Source of the DNA: a virus
Lineage: Duplodnaviria; Heunggongvirae; Uroviricota; Caudoviricetes
DNA length: 64,000 nt
Virus record (IMG/VR): IMGVR_UViG_3300002834_000024
Coordinates: 128,001-192,000 of that record
Strand: one strand, 5' to 3'
The translations under genes and the position numbers were made by a program. Within the stretch, counting starts at the first letter, position 1, and every line of letters starts with the position of its first letter. This document shows positions 38,412-49,672 of this stretch, one piece after another. The notes beneath the pieces were generated by a model that saw only the letters and a list, made by a program, of their open reading frames with translations, was not told the origin of the DNA and searched no databases.

Positions 38412-40064
38412 ATGCCAGCTTGGACAGGTAATTATAAAGAATATGCAAGTAATCAAGATAGTAAATATGCAATAGGTTTTGCACAAGCTGACCTTAATTG
38501 TGTAAAGGGTGTTAGAATTTGGCCCAATGGAAGTTCAAAAATGTGCGGTTATGATGAAGTAGATTTAAGTGGAAAAATCGTAATCGAATATACTGATTAT
38601 TGTTATCAGAATCCAAGAGGGGAAATTGATCCAGGACCTTATAATCAGGTTTCATCAAATCCTGATAAATACTTATATCCAGATCCATTTTATTATATAA
38701 AAGGTGATCCAGCCCCAATATGTCCAACTGTATCACCATTTTCTGACCCAACAGGTATTAATCATGCACCTAAAAAGGTATACATTACAGGTAAAGAATA
38801 TGCAGCATTAGGTTGCTGTAAAGTTCTCGAAGATTTACCAACATGTTTGTCAGTTGAAATGAGGGTAGATATATTTCCATCTGTTGATGCCATTGGAATA
38901 CCAGATGATCAAGTAATAAGACCTGATTGTCCATCACCAATTTCATATAATGGTGAATGTAGACAGTATGAAGCAAAAGTATTTGCAGGTGATGAACCCG
39001 CACAGGCTGTTACATGGTCAGTAGAAGGTGGAACATCAACTAAAAACAAAATATCATCTATTGATCCTGGTGGGGATTTAACATTTTATAAAGCACAACT
39101 TTGTATTGCTAATGATGAAAAGGCTGAAAAAGTTAGAGTACAAGCATGTTCAACATTTGATAATAGTGTTTGTGGATATAGCGATGTTAGATTAAAACCA
39201 AGAATAATTATAAAAGTTCCAGAAGGAATTGATGGATTTACTCCATGCCAAGTTATTGATTTGGATGCGTGGATATTTGGTGGTGGAAATAATCAAAATC
39301 TTACTGTAACAGTAAGTGGACAAACTAATGCTGGTACACAAGTAATTAGAAATAATGATGGCAAGTTTCAACTCCAAGTTAGTTGTAATGAATCAAATGG
39401 TGCTACTGGTGCTGTTGCACCATTAAGAATAACAGCATGTGATGCAACAGGATTTAATTTTATTCCACAATTAGAACCAGCTGGTAATGGCGGATGTGCA
39501 TGGTTTGAATTACCTAAAAAATGGTTAAGTGTTGAGGGCGTAAATCCAAATAGTGTTGGTTGTGCGACATGTGGAAGCTCAACAAGTCCTGGATATACTC
39601 CTTGTGGAAACTGTACAACATATCAAGCATGGATGAATTGGGGGCAACCATGTCCAAGACGAGAAAATGTAACTGATAAGGTGGCTTGGACAATTGAAGG
39701 TGCTGTTAATTCAAATACTAAAATAAGTGTTTCTGGTACTGGAGCTGCTGCTGTTGCTACATATTGTAGAGGTGGTAATATATACAGTAGAGAACAAGTT
39801 GTTACTAATGTTGTTACTAATTGTACAGATATATATACTTATATGTGTGATGTATGTACAGGTACAGGATATATTTATACACCTGATGGTACTTATTCAT
39901 ATACTTATAGTTACGCATGTAACTGTCGTAATGTAAGAACAGGTCAAACTTGTACAACAACTCAAACAAGACAATATGTTTTAGTTGAAGCATGTGAACC
40001 AGGTCCAGTAACAATTGTTGCTACATCTAATGAGCAAATTAGAGGAACTAATCCAGCTACATAA
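38412..40064 (+). CDS. Cys-rich Ig-like-domain protein, putative adhesin
   Basis: Big-like repeats (QYEAKV...AVTWSVEGG; VAWTIEGA...VTIVATS); about 29 Cys in 550 aa by hand count. Confidence 0.6.
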   Translation: MPAWTGNYKEYASNQDSKYAIGFAQADLNCVKGVRIWPNGSSKMCGYDEVDLSGKIVIEYTDYCYQNPRGEIDPGPYNQVSSNPDKYLYPDPFYYIKGDPAPICPTVSPFSDPTGINHAPKKVYITGKEYAALGCCKVLEDLPTCLSVEMRVDIFPSVDAIGIPDDQVIRPDCPSPISYNGECRQYEAKVFAGDEPAQAVTWSVEGGTSTKNKISSIDPGGDLTFYKAQLCIANDEKAEKVRVQACSTFDNSVCGYSDVRLKPRIIIKVPEGIDGFTPCQVIDLDAWIFGGGNNQNLTVTVSGQTNAGTQVIRNNDGKFQLQVSCNESNGATGAVAPLRITACDATGFNFIPQLEPAGNGGCAWFELPKKWLSVEGVNPNSVGCATCGSSTSPGYTPCGNCTTYQAWMNWGQPCPRRENVTDKVAWTIEGAVNSNTKISVSGTGAAAVATYCRGGNIYSREQVVTNVVTNCTDIYTYMCDVCTGTGYIYTPDGTYSYTYSYACNCRNVRTGQTCTTTQTRQYVLVEACEPGPVTIVATSNEQIRGTNPAT

Positions 40065-40091
40065 TTTATATAAAAATTCTATTTATTTACG

Positions 40092-42869
40092 ATGGAAGAT
40101 ACATATAAAATAATGATGGCTGGTGCCAAATCCAAACAGGCTGTACCAGCTGGTACAAAACTGAATATTGGAGTTGAAAGAGATTTTCATTTACTTGAAA
40201 ATATTGATTATAAAGGGACTGTTGATACATATCAAGTATATCTTGATGAACGTGATGCTTGTACTCTTTACCGATTAATTGTTACGATTGATCCTGTTTG
40301 TACTAATGTTCTTTTTAATCCATGTTCAATTATTGTAGATAAAGATTATACAAGAATTTTTAATGAAGATGAATCATCAACACCAGCTACAGCATTAATC
40401 TATGAACCTGATAAGGGAAAAGATAAAAACCCACCTATCACATATTTTTGTGGATATGATATTTTTGATAATGTACAATTCAGAACAACAAGATTTCAAA
40501 GAGCAAAAAAGTTAGATTCATTAGTACCATTAAAACCAGACCCAGATGTTTTACCATTGGAAGATGATGAAGAAAATGAACCACTTATTCATGTTTATAC
40601 ATTAGATGATATTACTGATGTTCATACAGCAGCTAATAATTATTTAGTTGAGTATGATGGATGGATTTCATTTAAAAATCCAAATAAATTAACAATATAT
40701 CAGTTAAAATTTAATGACAAAACTGATTATGAATATGATAAAATAGCCATTGATAAAGAAGATCCAGATGATAGATTGGAAAAAGAAAGATATTTTTTAC
40801 CATTTGCATCTGAACATGCAAATTGTGATACAATAGATATGTTTCCTAAAAGAGAAATGTTTTCTTTTAACCCAATGGTTGAATATAATGTAAATCCCGA
40901 AACTTTTAAATATGAAAGATGTCAATTTTTAAAAGAAGAAAATTGGCGATATTTTATAACATATCCTTACCGAAATGATTTTGAACACTGGTTAGTTACT
41001 GGTGAAGATGGGGAAAATGGTATTCCAATTATTTTTGGAAAAAAACTGGAAGCAGATGATAAAGAAAATATTAAATTTAATGTTCCAGTTGGAAAATTTA
41101 CGACAGCATACCCACATAATTTACAAAGGTCTGATAGAATTTATTTAACAAGTGATCAAAAAGAATATACCGTATTAGATATTGAAGATAAACGTACAGC
41201 ATATTTGTGGATTGAGGGTGTAAATACATCAGATCCAGTATGGGATAATGCAAGAATAAGAAGGATTGTTAATAATACTAAATCAGATTATTATATAAGA
41301 GTATTTAGAAAATTACCTAATTGGAAATTTGAAGAAGAAGAAATTACACCTAAAAATTTTGAAGATAGATTAGAAGTAAACAATACTGAATTTACTAATT
41401 CAAAACAAGCATTATCTTATGCTACAACAATATTTACAGATAGTATAAGTCAAATTGTTTTTACAGATAGTATTAATATTAATTTATTAACAGATAATCG
41501 TTGTCGACCATTAACAGAAATGTATTTAACAATTTTGAAAAATAATGAAGGTGATAAACAGTGGACAAGTGGTTCATGGGGTTCGTATGAAACTAAATAC
41601 CAAAGATTTTGGTCTAAAAATACAGTCGGATTTGAATTAACAAATCTTAAAGAAAAAGATATGGTACAACCAACTCTTAATGATAAAAGTACCTATGAAA
41701 CAAATTATCCTTCTGTATTTTATCTACATAATCTACAAGAAGCACCTGGTGGTGAATGGCAAGAAGGTGAAGCGGGTCCACCACAGAAAATAGAAATTAT
41801 TGATAAACAAGTTGAACCAGCACAGGAACAACCTGGATACACGAAAAATATTGAATTTGTTTATTCTCCAAAAAGTTTACAAACATCTGAAAATTTAGGG
41901 GATGTTGATGATGAAGAAACAGTTGAATTTTATGGCGATATTGCTGAATGGTCGCCTGGTGATTTTCAAGAAACAGTATTAGCACCTGTTTGTTACAGAT
42001 TTAACACCACAAGTAGAGAATCATTTGAATGGGCTGATAAAATGATGGTATTTCACCAAATTTGGCAAGATGATGAAGATAGAGGGTATGATCCAGATAC
42101 AGGTGCAACTCTATTAACTGATGAATATGATCCAGAAACAGGTGATGAATCAGAGGGGCCAGATTATGAAATCCCTGAAACATTAGATGATTGTAATGAT
42201 TTGTATAGCAATGGGACAAAATTTGTTTACAGAGGTTATATGAACATTGGACCAAGACCAGAGGGATATTATCATCGAGCTCATCATAAAATACCTTTTA
42301 AATGGTATTCAAATAAATTAAGACAAAAAACAGGAAAAGAAATAAAAGTAAAAATTATGCAACCAGAAAATTGTGTTGATGAACCAATGATTGCTTTTAT
42401 TACTTATACAAAACATAGTTTAATGTCAAGAGATGTAATTAGAATACATATCAATGATAAAGAACCAAATGATCCACCATGTGATAAATTATTTAGAGTT
42501 ACTTGTCCTGCAATTGACAGAGCAAAGTTTTTAATTCCGATGGATGATGAGATTATGGCAGCTGGTAAAGATGGTATTACTATTACCCATTATCTTGAAG
42601 AAATACCAACATGGGCGCAAAAATTAGAAGATGGTAGTTATGTATGGAGAAATATATTATTAAATGATGAACAAGATAGTACACATGCAGAAGACCAACA
42701 TGAAGAATTTCCATTTACAAATGGTCATTTTTACGTTCACAATTTGATTAAATTTTATTTAAGACGACAAGGCAGAGCATTATATTATAAACCATATCTG
42801 AATGATATTGCAATGGATCCATATCACCCAGATATACATGATGAAGAACCACCAAAAGATATTTGTTAA
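40092..42869 (+). CDS. Putative structural protein
   Basis: 925-aa acidic ORF in the baseplate block; FTTAYPHNLQRSDRIYL and YTKHSLMSRDVIRI beta-barrel-like motifs. Confidence 0.6.
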   Translation: MEDTYKIMMAGAKSKQAVPAGTKLNIGVERDFHLLENIDYKGTVDTYQVYLDERDACTLYRLIVTIDPVCTNVLFNPCSIIVDKDYTRIFNEDESSTPATALIYEPDKGKDKNPPITYFCGYDIFDNVQFRTTRFQRAKKLDSLVPLKPDPDVLPLEDDEENEPLIHVYTLDDITDVHTAANNYLVEYDGWISFKNPNKLTIYQLKFNDKTDYEYDKIAIDKEDPDDRLEKERYFLPFASEHANCDTIDMFPKREMFSFNPMVEYNVNPETFKYERCQFLKEENWRYFITYPYRNDFEHWLVTGEDGENGIPIIFGKKLEADDKENIKFNVPVGKFTTAYPHNLQRSDRIYLTSDQKEYTVLDIEDKRTAYLWIEGVNTSDPVWDNARIRRIVNNTKSDYYIRVFRKLPNWKFEEEEITPKNFEDRLEVNNTEFTNSKQALSYATTIFTDSISQIVFTDSININLLTDNRCRPLTEMYLTILKNNEGDKQWTSGSWGSYETKYQRFWSKNTVGFELTNLKEKDMVQPTLNDKSTYETNYPSVFYLHNLQEAPGGEWQEGEAGPPQKIEIIDKQVEPAQEQPGYTKNIEFVYSPKSLQTSENLGDVDDEETVEFYGDIAEWSPGDFQETVLAPVCYRFNTTSRESFEWADKMMVFHQIWQDDEDRGYDPDTGATLLTDEYDPETGDESEGPDYEIPETLDDCNDLYSNGTKFVYRGYMNIGPRPEGYYHRAHHKIPFKWYSNKLRQKTGKEIKVKIMQPENCVDEPMIAFITYTKHSLMSRDVIRIHINDKEPNDPPCDKLFRVTCPAIDRAKFLIPMDDEIMAAGKDGITITHYLEEIPTWAQKLEDGSYVWRNILLNDEQDSTHAEDQHEEFPFTNGHFYVHNLIKFYLRRQGRALYYKPYLNDIAMDPYHPDIHDEEPPKDIC

Positions 42870-42882
42870 AAAATTTTAGATT

Positions 42883-44997
42883 ATGATTTTAAACCGTTAT
42901 CAAGCAAATAATAAAAATATAGTATCAAAAATACAGAATTTCAAAATTGTTCAAGCGTTTGACAATGTTGATGCTGGATTTTTTGAATTTTATTTTGATA
43001 AACCACATATGTTAAATGATGGTTCAATGCTTAATATCAGTGATCCTGAAAATTATGATTATAAAATGGATTTATATCCAAATGTACTTAGAGGAAATGC
43101 TATTATCAGATTAAGACCACAAGTTCGGATTGGAATAACAGCAACTATGAAATACAAATGGAGATATGCAGATAATTCCAATGATTGGGTTTTAATGGGT
43201 GGTGGAGGCGCATTGCAAGGTACAGTTGATATTCCTATACCTGGTGGAATGGTTGAACAAGAATTTGTAACTTATAAAGATTCATTAAATCACGTTGGTA
43301 TTGGAGAACCATTTGTTATTCAAATTGGTAGTTTAAATGGTATGATTGCAGTAAAAGAACAACATTCATCAGAGTGGCAACCACTAATAAACCCATCAGA
43401 TTTACCTGATTGCGGTGTTTGGTCAGATCATTCGATAGTTGCTTCTGTTGTAATAAATGATACTTATTTACGAGTAAATAGATTCGATTTATGTAAAAAA
43501 ATTAACATAAAAAGACGTGGGTATGATGATTGTGGAAAATATTATTTTTTCACAGATTATGGTTGGAATCAAACTAAAAATAAATGGTTTGATCACTTAT
43601 ATACATCACCTTGTGAATGTCAAGAAATATGTGCTGTAATAGATAATATGCCATGGTGGGAAGTTTTTGGTGGGTTATTACATAGTAATGAAAGTGGAAC
43701 TGCTTCTTGTCCAGTTGATCCACCACAATCAAATCCAGATGGTATATATGGTGGGGGCGCAATTCAACAAAAACCGAAAGCACCTGAACAATGCGAAATA
43801 GTTTCAATTCAAGTATATAAACATTGTGATGATTTATATGAACCAATTTGTGCAAACAAAGCAAATATTTTAAAACCTGGTTCATCAAATATAGATTACT
43901 CTTTTTCTATTTTAAATGATATTGAATTTGAAAATGTAAGAGAAATTAGAAAATGTTTAGCATTGAATTGTTTAAAATTTTGGCGAGATGTTACAGGTTT
44001 TCAATGTGAAATAGGTTTAGATATGAATTTTGATGTTTCATTAGGAAGAAATGACAAATGGAATACAAAATTTATTGAAGATGAAAAAAAGAAAACAATT
44101 AACCCAATTCTTGATAATGAACGAGTAAGATTTGAACCATATTGGAAAAATGGTGATGATGATTTTACTATGATTAATCATATAAAATTTCAATTAGTTT
44201 TCTTGGATGAAGAAAATAAACCTGATACATGGACAGATGAAAAAACACCAATACCAGAGGATCCAACTTGTTGGAAAACATTAGGATTTATTGATGATGA
44301 TGTCAAATATCAAAAAATGAAATTGAAAAAGTGTTTCCTAAGATTATCATTTTATGATAATAACAATCCAAGTCAATATCTTTTAGAACATTGGAATACT
44401 GTATTTGTTGACATTAATATGATGTTTTCTGATTTTATATATGGAATTAATTCAATATCAGGATTTAATTACAATACAATTCCAATTTCAAAATTCAAAG
44501 ACCCATATACAGGTGAGGATACAGAGGGATTTAGAACAACTTTTCATGTATATAATCCTTATATAAAGAATATTGAAAGAACACCACATCCTGATGATGA
44601 TGAAGCATATCGAAAAGACGGTCCGTTTAATATGAATTATTCCAATACTTCCGATGGTTATTATATTTATTTATATGATCCAGCATTGGATTGTAAATGT
44701 AATCCACATAATGGATATTGGGATCAAATACCAAATGCTTTGTATATGAAATTAGAATTTAATAATGCTAAGACAGGTAAAAGACATTTATTCTTTCATG
44801 GAAAAAATAAGAGTGGTTATGACATGGATCAAGTCTTTTTTGGTGAACAAGCAATTTGGACAAAGATATGGGTTGAATATAATAAAAAATTAAATAAATT
44901 TATTTGGTATCCTGATCCTGAAAGTTCAAATGTTGAACAAGATGAAAAGTGTAAAGATACAATGATATTTAGATTTTGGGAAGCATATGTTAAGTAA
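42883..44997 (+). CDS. Putative structural protein
   Basis: 704-aa Cys-containing ORF in the baseplate block. Confidence 0.6.
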   Translation: MILNRYQANNKNIVSKIQNFKIVQAFDNVDAGFFEFYFDKPHMLNDGSMLNISDPENYDYKMDLYPNVLRGNAIIRLRPQVRIGITATMKYKWRYADNSNDWVLMGGGGALQGTVDIPIPGGMVEQEFVTYKDSLNHVGIGEPFVIQIGSLNGMIAVKEQHSSEWQPLINPSDLPDCGVWSDHSIVASVVINDTYLRVNRFDLCKKINIKRRGYDDCGKYYFFTDYGWNQTKNKWFDHLYTSPCECQEICAVIDNMPWWEVFGGLLHSNESGTASCPVDPPQSNPDGIYGGGAIQQKPKAPEQCEIVSIQVYKHCDDLYEPICANKANILKPGSSNIDYSFSILNDIEFENVREIRKCLALNCLKFWRDVTGFQCEIGLDMNFDVSLGRNDKWNTKFIEDEKKKTINPILDNERVRFEPYWKNGDDDFTMINHIKFQLVFLDEENKPDTWTDEKTPIPEDPTCWKTLGFIDDDVKYQKMKLKKCFLRLSFYDNNNPSQYLLEHWNTVFVDINMMFSDFIYGINSISGFNYNTIPISKFKDPYTGEDTEGFRTTFHVYNPYIKNIERTPHPDDDEAYRKDGPFNMNYSNTSDGYYIYLYDPALDCKCNPHNGYWDQIPNALYMKLEFNNAKTGKRHLFFHGKNKSGYDMDQVFFGEQAIWTKIWVEYNKKLNKFIWYPDPESSNVEQDEKCKDTMIFRFWEAYVK

Positions 44998-45020
44998 GAA
45001 ATATAAAAAAACAAATAATT

Positions 45021-45953
45021 ATGTTACATGAAGGGGTATTTTATCGAAAATCAAAAACTATACCATTTATTGGTGAATATGTTGCATTAATACGAAATAG
45101 TAATAGGTTTGCATATAGTAATGATGCTGTTACATGGTATGATGATTTTTTACCAACCATAGAAGATTGGTCATCTATATGTTATGGTGATAATAAATTT
45201 GTGGCTGTTGCACGAAATACTGATACCATGATTTATACAAGTAGTAGTACTGGTTGGTCAATAGGTACAATGCCAACTGTTGCTGATTGGGTGTTAGTTA
45301 GATATGGAAATGGAAATTTTATTGCTGTTGCTGATGATGGACAAACAGCACTTTCTGTGGATGGTGTTAATTGGGTATCAGGTGGAAATCTTGGTTATTC
45401 AGGAACACGTGTATTATTATATCTTAATGGTGTTGGATTAGATAGTTTTGTAACTTGGAGTGTACAAAGTGGTAGAATAATGAGAACAAATAATGCTGGT
45501 GTAACATGGTCTGGGGTTGGAAATTCTCAAGCAGGGACTTCCTATGTTAATTGTGGGGCTGATATTGCACCATATAGTCGTTATACTTTTGTTAGACCAA
45601 ATTATGTTAATACTGGTGGAATTGCTTATTTTTCTTATACTGGTAGTATGGGTTCTGGAAATTTTAATGCTTCTTCTATTGATATGGTTTTTGTCAACCC
45701 AACAGCAGTTATGATATGTACTAATGGTAATGTTTATCATTCAACTACTGGTACTTCTTTTAGTCTTGTTGGTACTTTACCATTGACAAGTAATGATTGG
45801 AAAGCATTAATATATGGTGTTAATAGTGCTAAATATGTTGCAATAGCAAAAGATAACACAAATGTTGCCGCATATTCAAGTGATGGATTGAACTGGACAC
45901 AAACCCAAATGCCATTTAATGGTGAGTGGTTTGTGATTGCAGCAAAAACTTAA
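45021..45953 (+). CDS. BNR/Asp-box beta-propeller protein, putative receptor-binding protein
   Basis: Repeats SNDAVTW, WSSICYGDNKFVAVA, YGNGNFIAVA, SVDGVNW, TNNAGVTW, SSDGLNW. Confidence 0.7.
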   Translation: MLHEGVFYRKSKTIPFIGEYVALIRNSNRFAYSNDAVTWYDDFLPTIEDWSSICYGDNKFVAVARNTDTMIYTSSSTGWSIGTMPTVADWVLVRYGNGNFIAVADDGQTALSVDGVNWVSGGNLGYSGTRVLLYLNGVGLDSFVTWSVQSGRIMRTNNAGVTWSGVGNSQAGTSYVNCGADIAPYSRYTFVRPNYVNTGGIAYFSYTGSMGSGNFNASSIDMVFVNPTAVMICTNGNVYHSTTGTSFSLVGTLPLTSNDWKALIYGVNSAKYVAIAKDNTNVAAYSSDGLNWTQTQMPFNGEWFVIAAKT

Positions 45954-45970
45954 TTAATTTTTTATTGGTA

Positions 45971-47698
45971 ATGGAATTTTATAGTCGAACATTCAACATA
46001 CATAACTTTATATGTCATTCCGTAAATCCAAATATTAGGGTTTTCGTTAATGGATCATGGGTACAAAATAAAACCACAGGTGAATATTATGGTGCTGTTA
46101 TTTCTGATGTTACAAAACCAGGATTAAATCAATCCTATAACCCATATAAAACAATTAGTGTTTTATCATATAAAGATGTTTTAATAATATATAGAAAATT
46201 AGCAAAATTTCAAAAATTTGTTAGATACCTTTGTTTAAGATGTACATTACCAACAAATGCTATTATTGATAAGTATATTGATTTGGCTGATGATTGGATG
46301 ATATATGAAGGAAATACTTTATATCCATTTACATATTATTTAACATCACAAAATATTGATTTTGATACAAATCAAGTAAGACCTGGTACTTATTATCCAA
46401 CAAGTGGAACAACACCATTTATTACTATGGTTATGAATAAATATGGCGGATTAGATACTGTTGTTTGGAAAGGTGAAACACCCGATCCAAATGATAAACG
46501 TGTTGATTTATTTATGCAAGATTATATTGATAATCCAGGTAAACTTGGAAAATTAATTACTGCTGTTTATGAATATAGAGTAACAACCATTAATACCAAT
46601 TCTTCATCATGTGATATAGCATCTGATTTGTTTGAACAAATTTCAGATGATATATTGGGAATGGCTTATAGTTTTCATAATTCCAATCATAATTGTGTGC
46701 CAAAACCAATACCAAATCCTGGTAGTTCTCCAACAAACAGTGCAAATTATAAAATGGATATATTATTATCTAATAATATTGATGATTTGGGAATATTTTT
46801 TGTACCAGCAAATGTATGGAAATGTGGAAAAAGATATGAACCTGGTGATTGTGTAACAATGAATGGGGTTGTATATACACCTTCAAGTAGTTTTGCTGGT
46901 TGGTATAATGAAAAAGCTAATAAAATCTATTTTGATGAATGTGAATTGGATGATAATGGATTTCCGACAGGTGTACTGATAATGAATGGTCATAATTATA
47001 CTAATTTTCAAGCCACAACGATGGATACAGCAACAGCTGTTACATTACAAGCAAGATGGGATGGTCAATTAGCAGGGTTAAGAGCATATCGAAAAGGTGC
47101 AACCAACTGGTTTGATGAAGAAGGTTTTTATAAAGTTGGCGTTAAATTTCATGAAGAAGCTGTTGATGAAAGTGGAAGTATAAAATACGAAAGTTTTATA
47201 ACTAATATTCAACAATCATCACCCGAAGTTGGACATGATATTATAACATATACATATATTATTGACCAATTAAGTACAAATCCTTATCCACAAACAGGTG
47301 TACAATTTAAAGATGAATATCATAGATATAAAATTGGTTCAAGTGATTTTTATTATGATTTTGGTCAAAAATCATACATTGTTTATCAAGCAAAAACATT
47401 AGGAAATTATACAACTGTATATAAAGGTAATAGTGGTATTTTTCCATTTGGTGATCCTGACAGATTTGACTATTTTCCATTATCCAAAATGGATTATTAT
47501 GAGGGATTGGCATTTGAACCAGTTATATATAAAGATGTCAATATTGACAGACAAATCAACAGAGCATGGGACAGACATTTTGCTTTGGGTGAATGTCGAA
47601 CATTTTATCAAGTTCTAAATTATCGGAATGGCGGATTTTTTGTTATCAAAGATTTAACTGATACCAATAATAAGAATGAGATAACACAAAGAAGTTAA
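45971..47698 (+). CDS. Putative structural protein
   Basis: Probable start MEFYSRT; contains WKCGKRYEPGDCVTMNGVVY, resembling a CBM5/12-like motif. Confidence 0.6.
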   Translation: MEFYSRTFNIHNFICHSVNPNIRVFVNGSWVQNKTTGEYYGAVISDVTKPGLNQSYNPYKTISVLSYKDVLIIYRKLAKFQKFVRYLCLRCTLPTNAIIDKYIDLADDWMIYEGNTLYPFTYYLTSQNIDFDTNQVRPGTYYPTSGTTPFITMVMNKYGGLDTVVWKGETPDPNDKRVDLFMQDYIDNPGKLGKLITAVYEYRVTTINTNSSSCDIASDLFEQISDDILGMAYSFHNSNHNCVPKPIPNPGSSPTNSANYKMDILLSNNIDDLGIFFVPANVWKCGKRYEPGDCVTMNGVVYTPSSSFAGWYNEKANKIYFDECELDDNGFPTGVLIMNGHNYTNFQATTMDTATAVTLQARWDGQLAGLRAYRKGATNWFDEEGFYKVGVKFHEEAVDESGSIKYESFITNIQQSSPEVGHDIITYTYIIDQLSTNPYPQTGVQFKDEYHRYKIGSSDFYYDFGQKSYIVYQAKTLGNYTTVYKGNSGIFPFGDPDRFDYFPLSKMDYYEGLAFEPVIYKDVNIDRQINRAWDRHFALGECRTFYQVLNYRNGGFFVIKDLTDTNNKNEITQRS

Positions 47699-47786
47699 AA
47701 AAACATTTTTTAATCTAATTATAGGGTAGTAGAAATCTTTAAAAAAATATAATTTTTACTACATTATTATATAATTAAATTAAAAG

Positions 47787-48728
47787 GTGTCAAGAAGATT
47801 AACAATAAATGAAGTTATTGAAAAAGCCATGAAAATTCATGGTGATAGATATTGTTATGATCTTGTTGAATATAAAAATAATAAAACAAAAGTTTGTATA
47901 ACTTGTAGAGAACATGGTATTTTTTGGCAAACCCCCCACAATCATATAGATATAAAAAGGGGGTGTCCGAAGTGTAATGGCGGTGTAAGATTAACACAAG
48001 ATGAAGCAAACAATAACATTATTTTTAGATTGAAAAATGATATTATTTTAAGTAAACCTTATATTCATAAAAATAACAGAAGTAGATTATATTTAAAATG
48101 TTTAAAAGATGGTTATGAATGGAATACTATATATAATAATTTTGTAAATACTGAAACTGGATGCCCAAAGTGTAGTAATGTAGCAACACTAACACAAGAA
48201 GAAGTAGAAGAAAATATTAAAAAAAGATGTTTAGAAGAAGATTGTATTTTATATAAACCACTCAAATATAATATAATTCAAAAAACAAGATTACATTTAT
48301 TATGTAATAAAGATAAACATAAATGGAGTACAAGTTATAATAATTTTGTGAATTGTAAAACTGGATGTTCAGTTTGTAAACAATCTCATCTTGAAAAAGA
48401 TATATTTTTATTTTTATTAAAAGATAATATAATCTTTGAACAACAAAAAAGATTCAAATGGTTAGGTAGAAAAAGTTTGGATTTTTATTTACCTGATTAT
48501 AATATTGCAATTGAGTGCCAAGGTGGGCAACATTTTAATTCACATAAACGATATGGAGGAGAAATTGGTTTAAACACAATTATGAAACGTGATAAAGAAA
48601 AATTTGAACTATGTAAACAGAATAATATAAATTTAATATATTATTCATATAAAAAACTTTTACCAAAAGAGTATCATTCATTCATTTTTACAAATGTTGA
48701 AAAAATAAAAGAAATTATAAATATTTAA
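47787..48728 (+). mobile_element. Free-standing homing endonuclease (Zn-ribbon repeats plus PD-(D/E)XK/Vsr-like nuclease)
   Basis: Three C..H...W...GCPKC-type repeats and C-terminal LDFYLPDYNIAIECQGGQH...RDKEK; interrupts the structural gene block. Confidence 0.8.
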
Positions 48729-48732
48729 TATT

Positions 48733-49653
48733 ATGGCAATTGGCGTGTATGGAATTAACAAGGTAGCTAATGTAGATCCATCAAAGGATGTTGAATTATA
48801 TTATCATTTTAGACCAACAAGAAATTCGTCTGATCCTGAATTTGGTGATAAATTTAAGTTACATTCAAACCCATCAGAATTTTTAATTCAAGCTAAGTAT
48901 CAGAAAACAGGTCAACCTGTTTCTGACAATTTGACAGGTATGTTCACATTAAATTTACCATTATCAGTTTTCAATAAAAAAGGAATTTATACAATTCTTA
49001 TTACACCAAAAAGATGTTTTACCACAATTGCTGATGCACCTGCGGTATTATCAGCCTTTCCTGATGTTAGGGGTGTTATTATTGATTCAAGTAAGGTAAA
49101 AGATTTGACTCCAGCACAAATGGATAATGGACAACTTGTTGGATGGAGAATAGATTATTATGACAGTTCGGGGAATTTACAAGATAATTTTAAAATTATT
49201 ACATCAAACAATTTTGCAGAGGCAATGATGGATAATTTGTCAAATGCAAGTATGAAATCAATATCATACCGATATAATGATTCATCTAATTTAATATTTT
49301 GTACAGTTAGTCCAGGTGCAGCACCTTCACAAAAGGCATCTGCATTACCATACATTGGAGAAACAGGACAACAAATAGCATTAGTTAATACTAAATTTAA
49401 TTCACAAGTTATTGAGATAGAATTTGTTGAAAATGATGCTGACACATTGGCAGCATTAACAATGGGTAGTCAGGCATTAAATCTTGACAAGGGATTATTA
49501 ACAACATATACTGATGATGGTGAAATACTATCACAAGTTGAAATTCTTCAAGTTAAATCGGCATATACAAATAAGGCTGGATATAATTTGAGAATTAAGA
49601 AAGATGGTATTATAGATAGAGCTGAAACATTTGACAATGTTATGCCAGGATAA
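48733..49653 (+). CDS. Putative baseplate/structural protein
   Basis: 306-aa ORF directly upstream of the giant wedge/fibre gene. Confidence 0.6.
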   Translation: MAIGVYGINKVANVDPSKDVELYYHFRPTRNSSDPEFGDKFKLHSNPSEFLIQAKYQKTGQPVSDNLTGMFTLNLPLSVFNKKGIYTILITPKRCFTTIADAPAVLSAFPDVRGVIIDSSKVKDLTPAQMDNGQLVGWRIDYYDSSGNLQDNFKIITSNNFAEAMMDNLSNASMKSISYRYNDSSNLIFCTVSPGAAPSQKASALPYIGETGQQIALVNTKFNSQVIEIEFVENDADTLAALTMGSQALNLDKGLLTTYTDDGEILSQVEILQVKSAYTNKAGYNLRIKKDGIIDRAETFDNVMPG

Positions 49654-49672
49654 TTCAAATAACATAAGATAA

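Noticed and set aside
38412-47698. Diversity-generating retroelement acting on the adhesin-like genes
   Set aside because: No reverse transcriptase in the window and no template/variable repeat pair differing at adenines was seen by eye.
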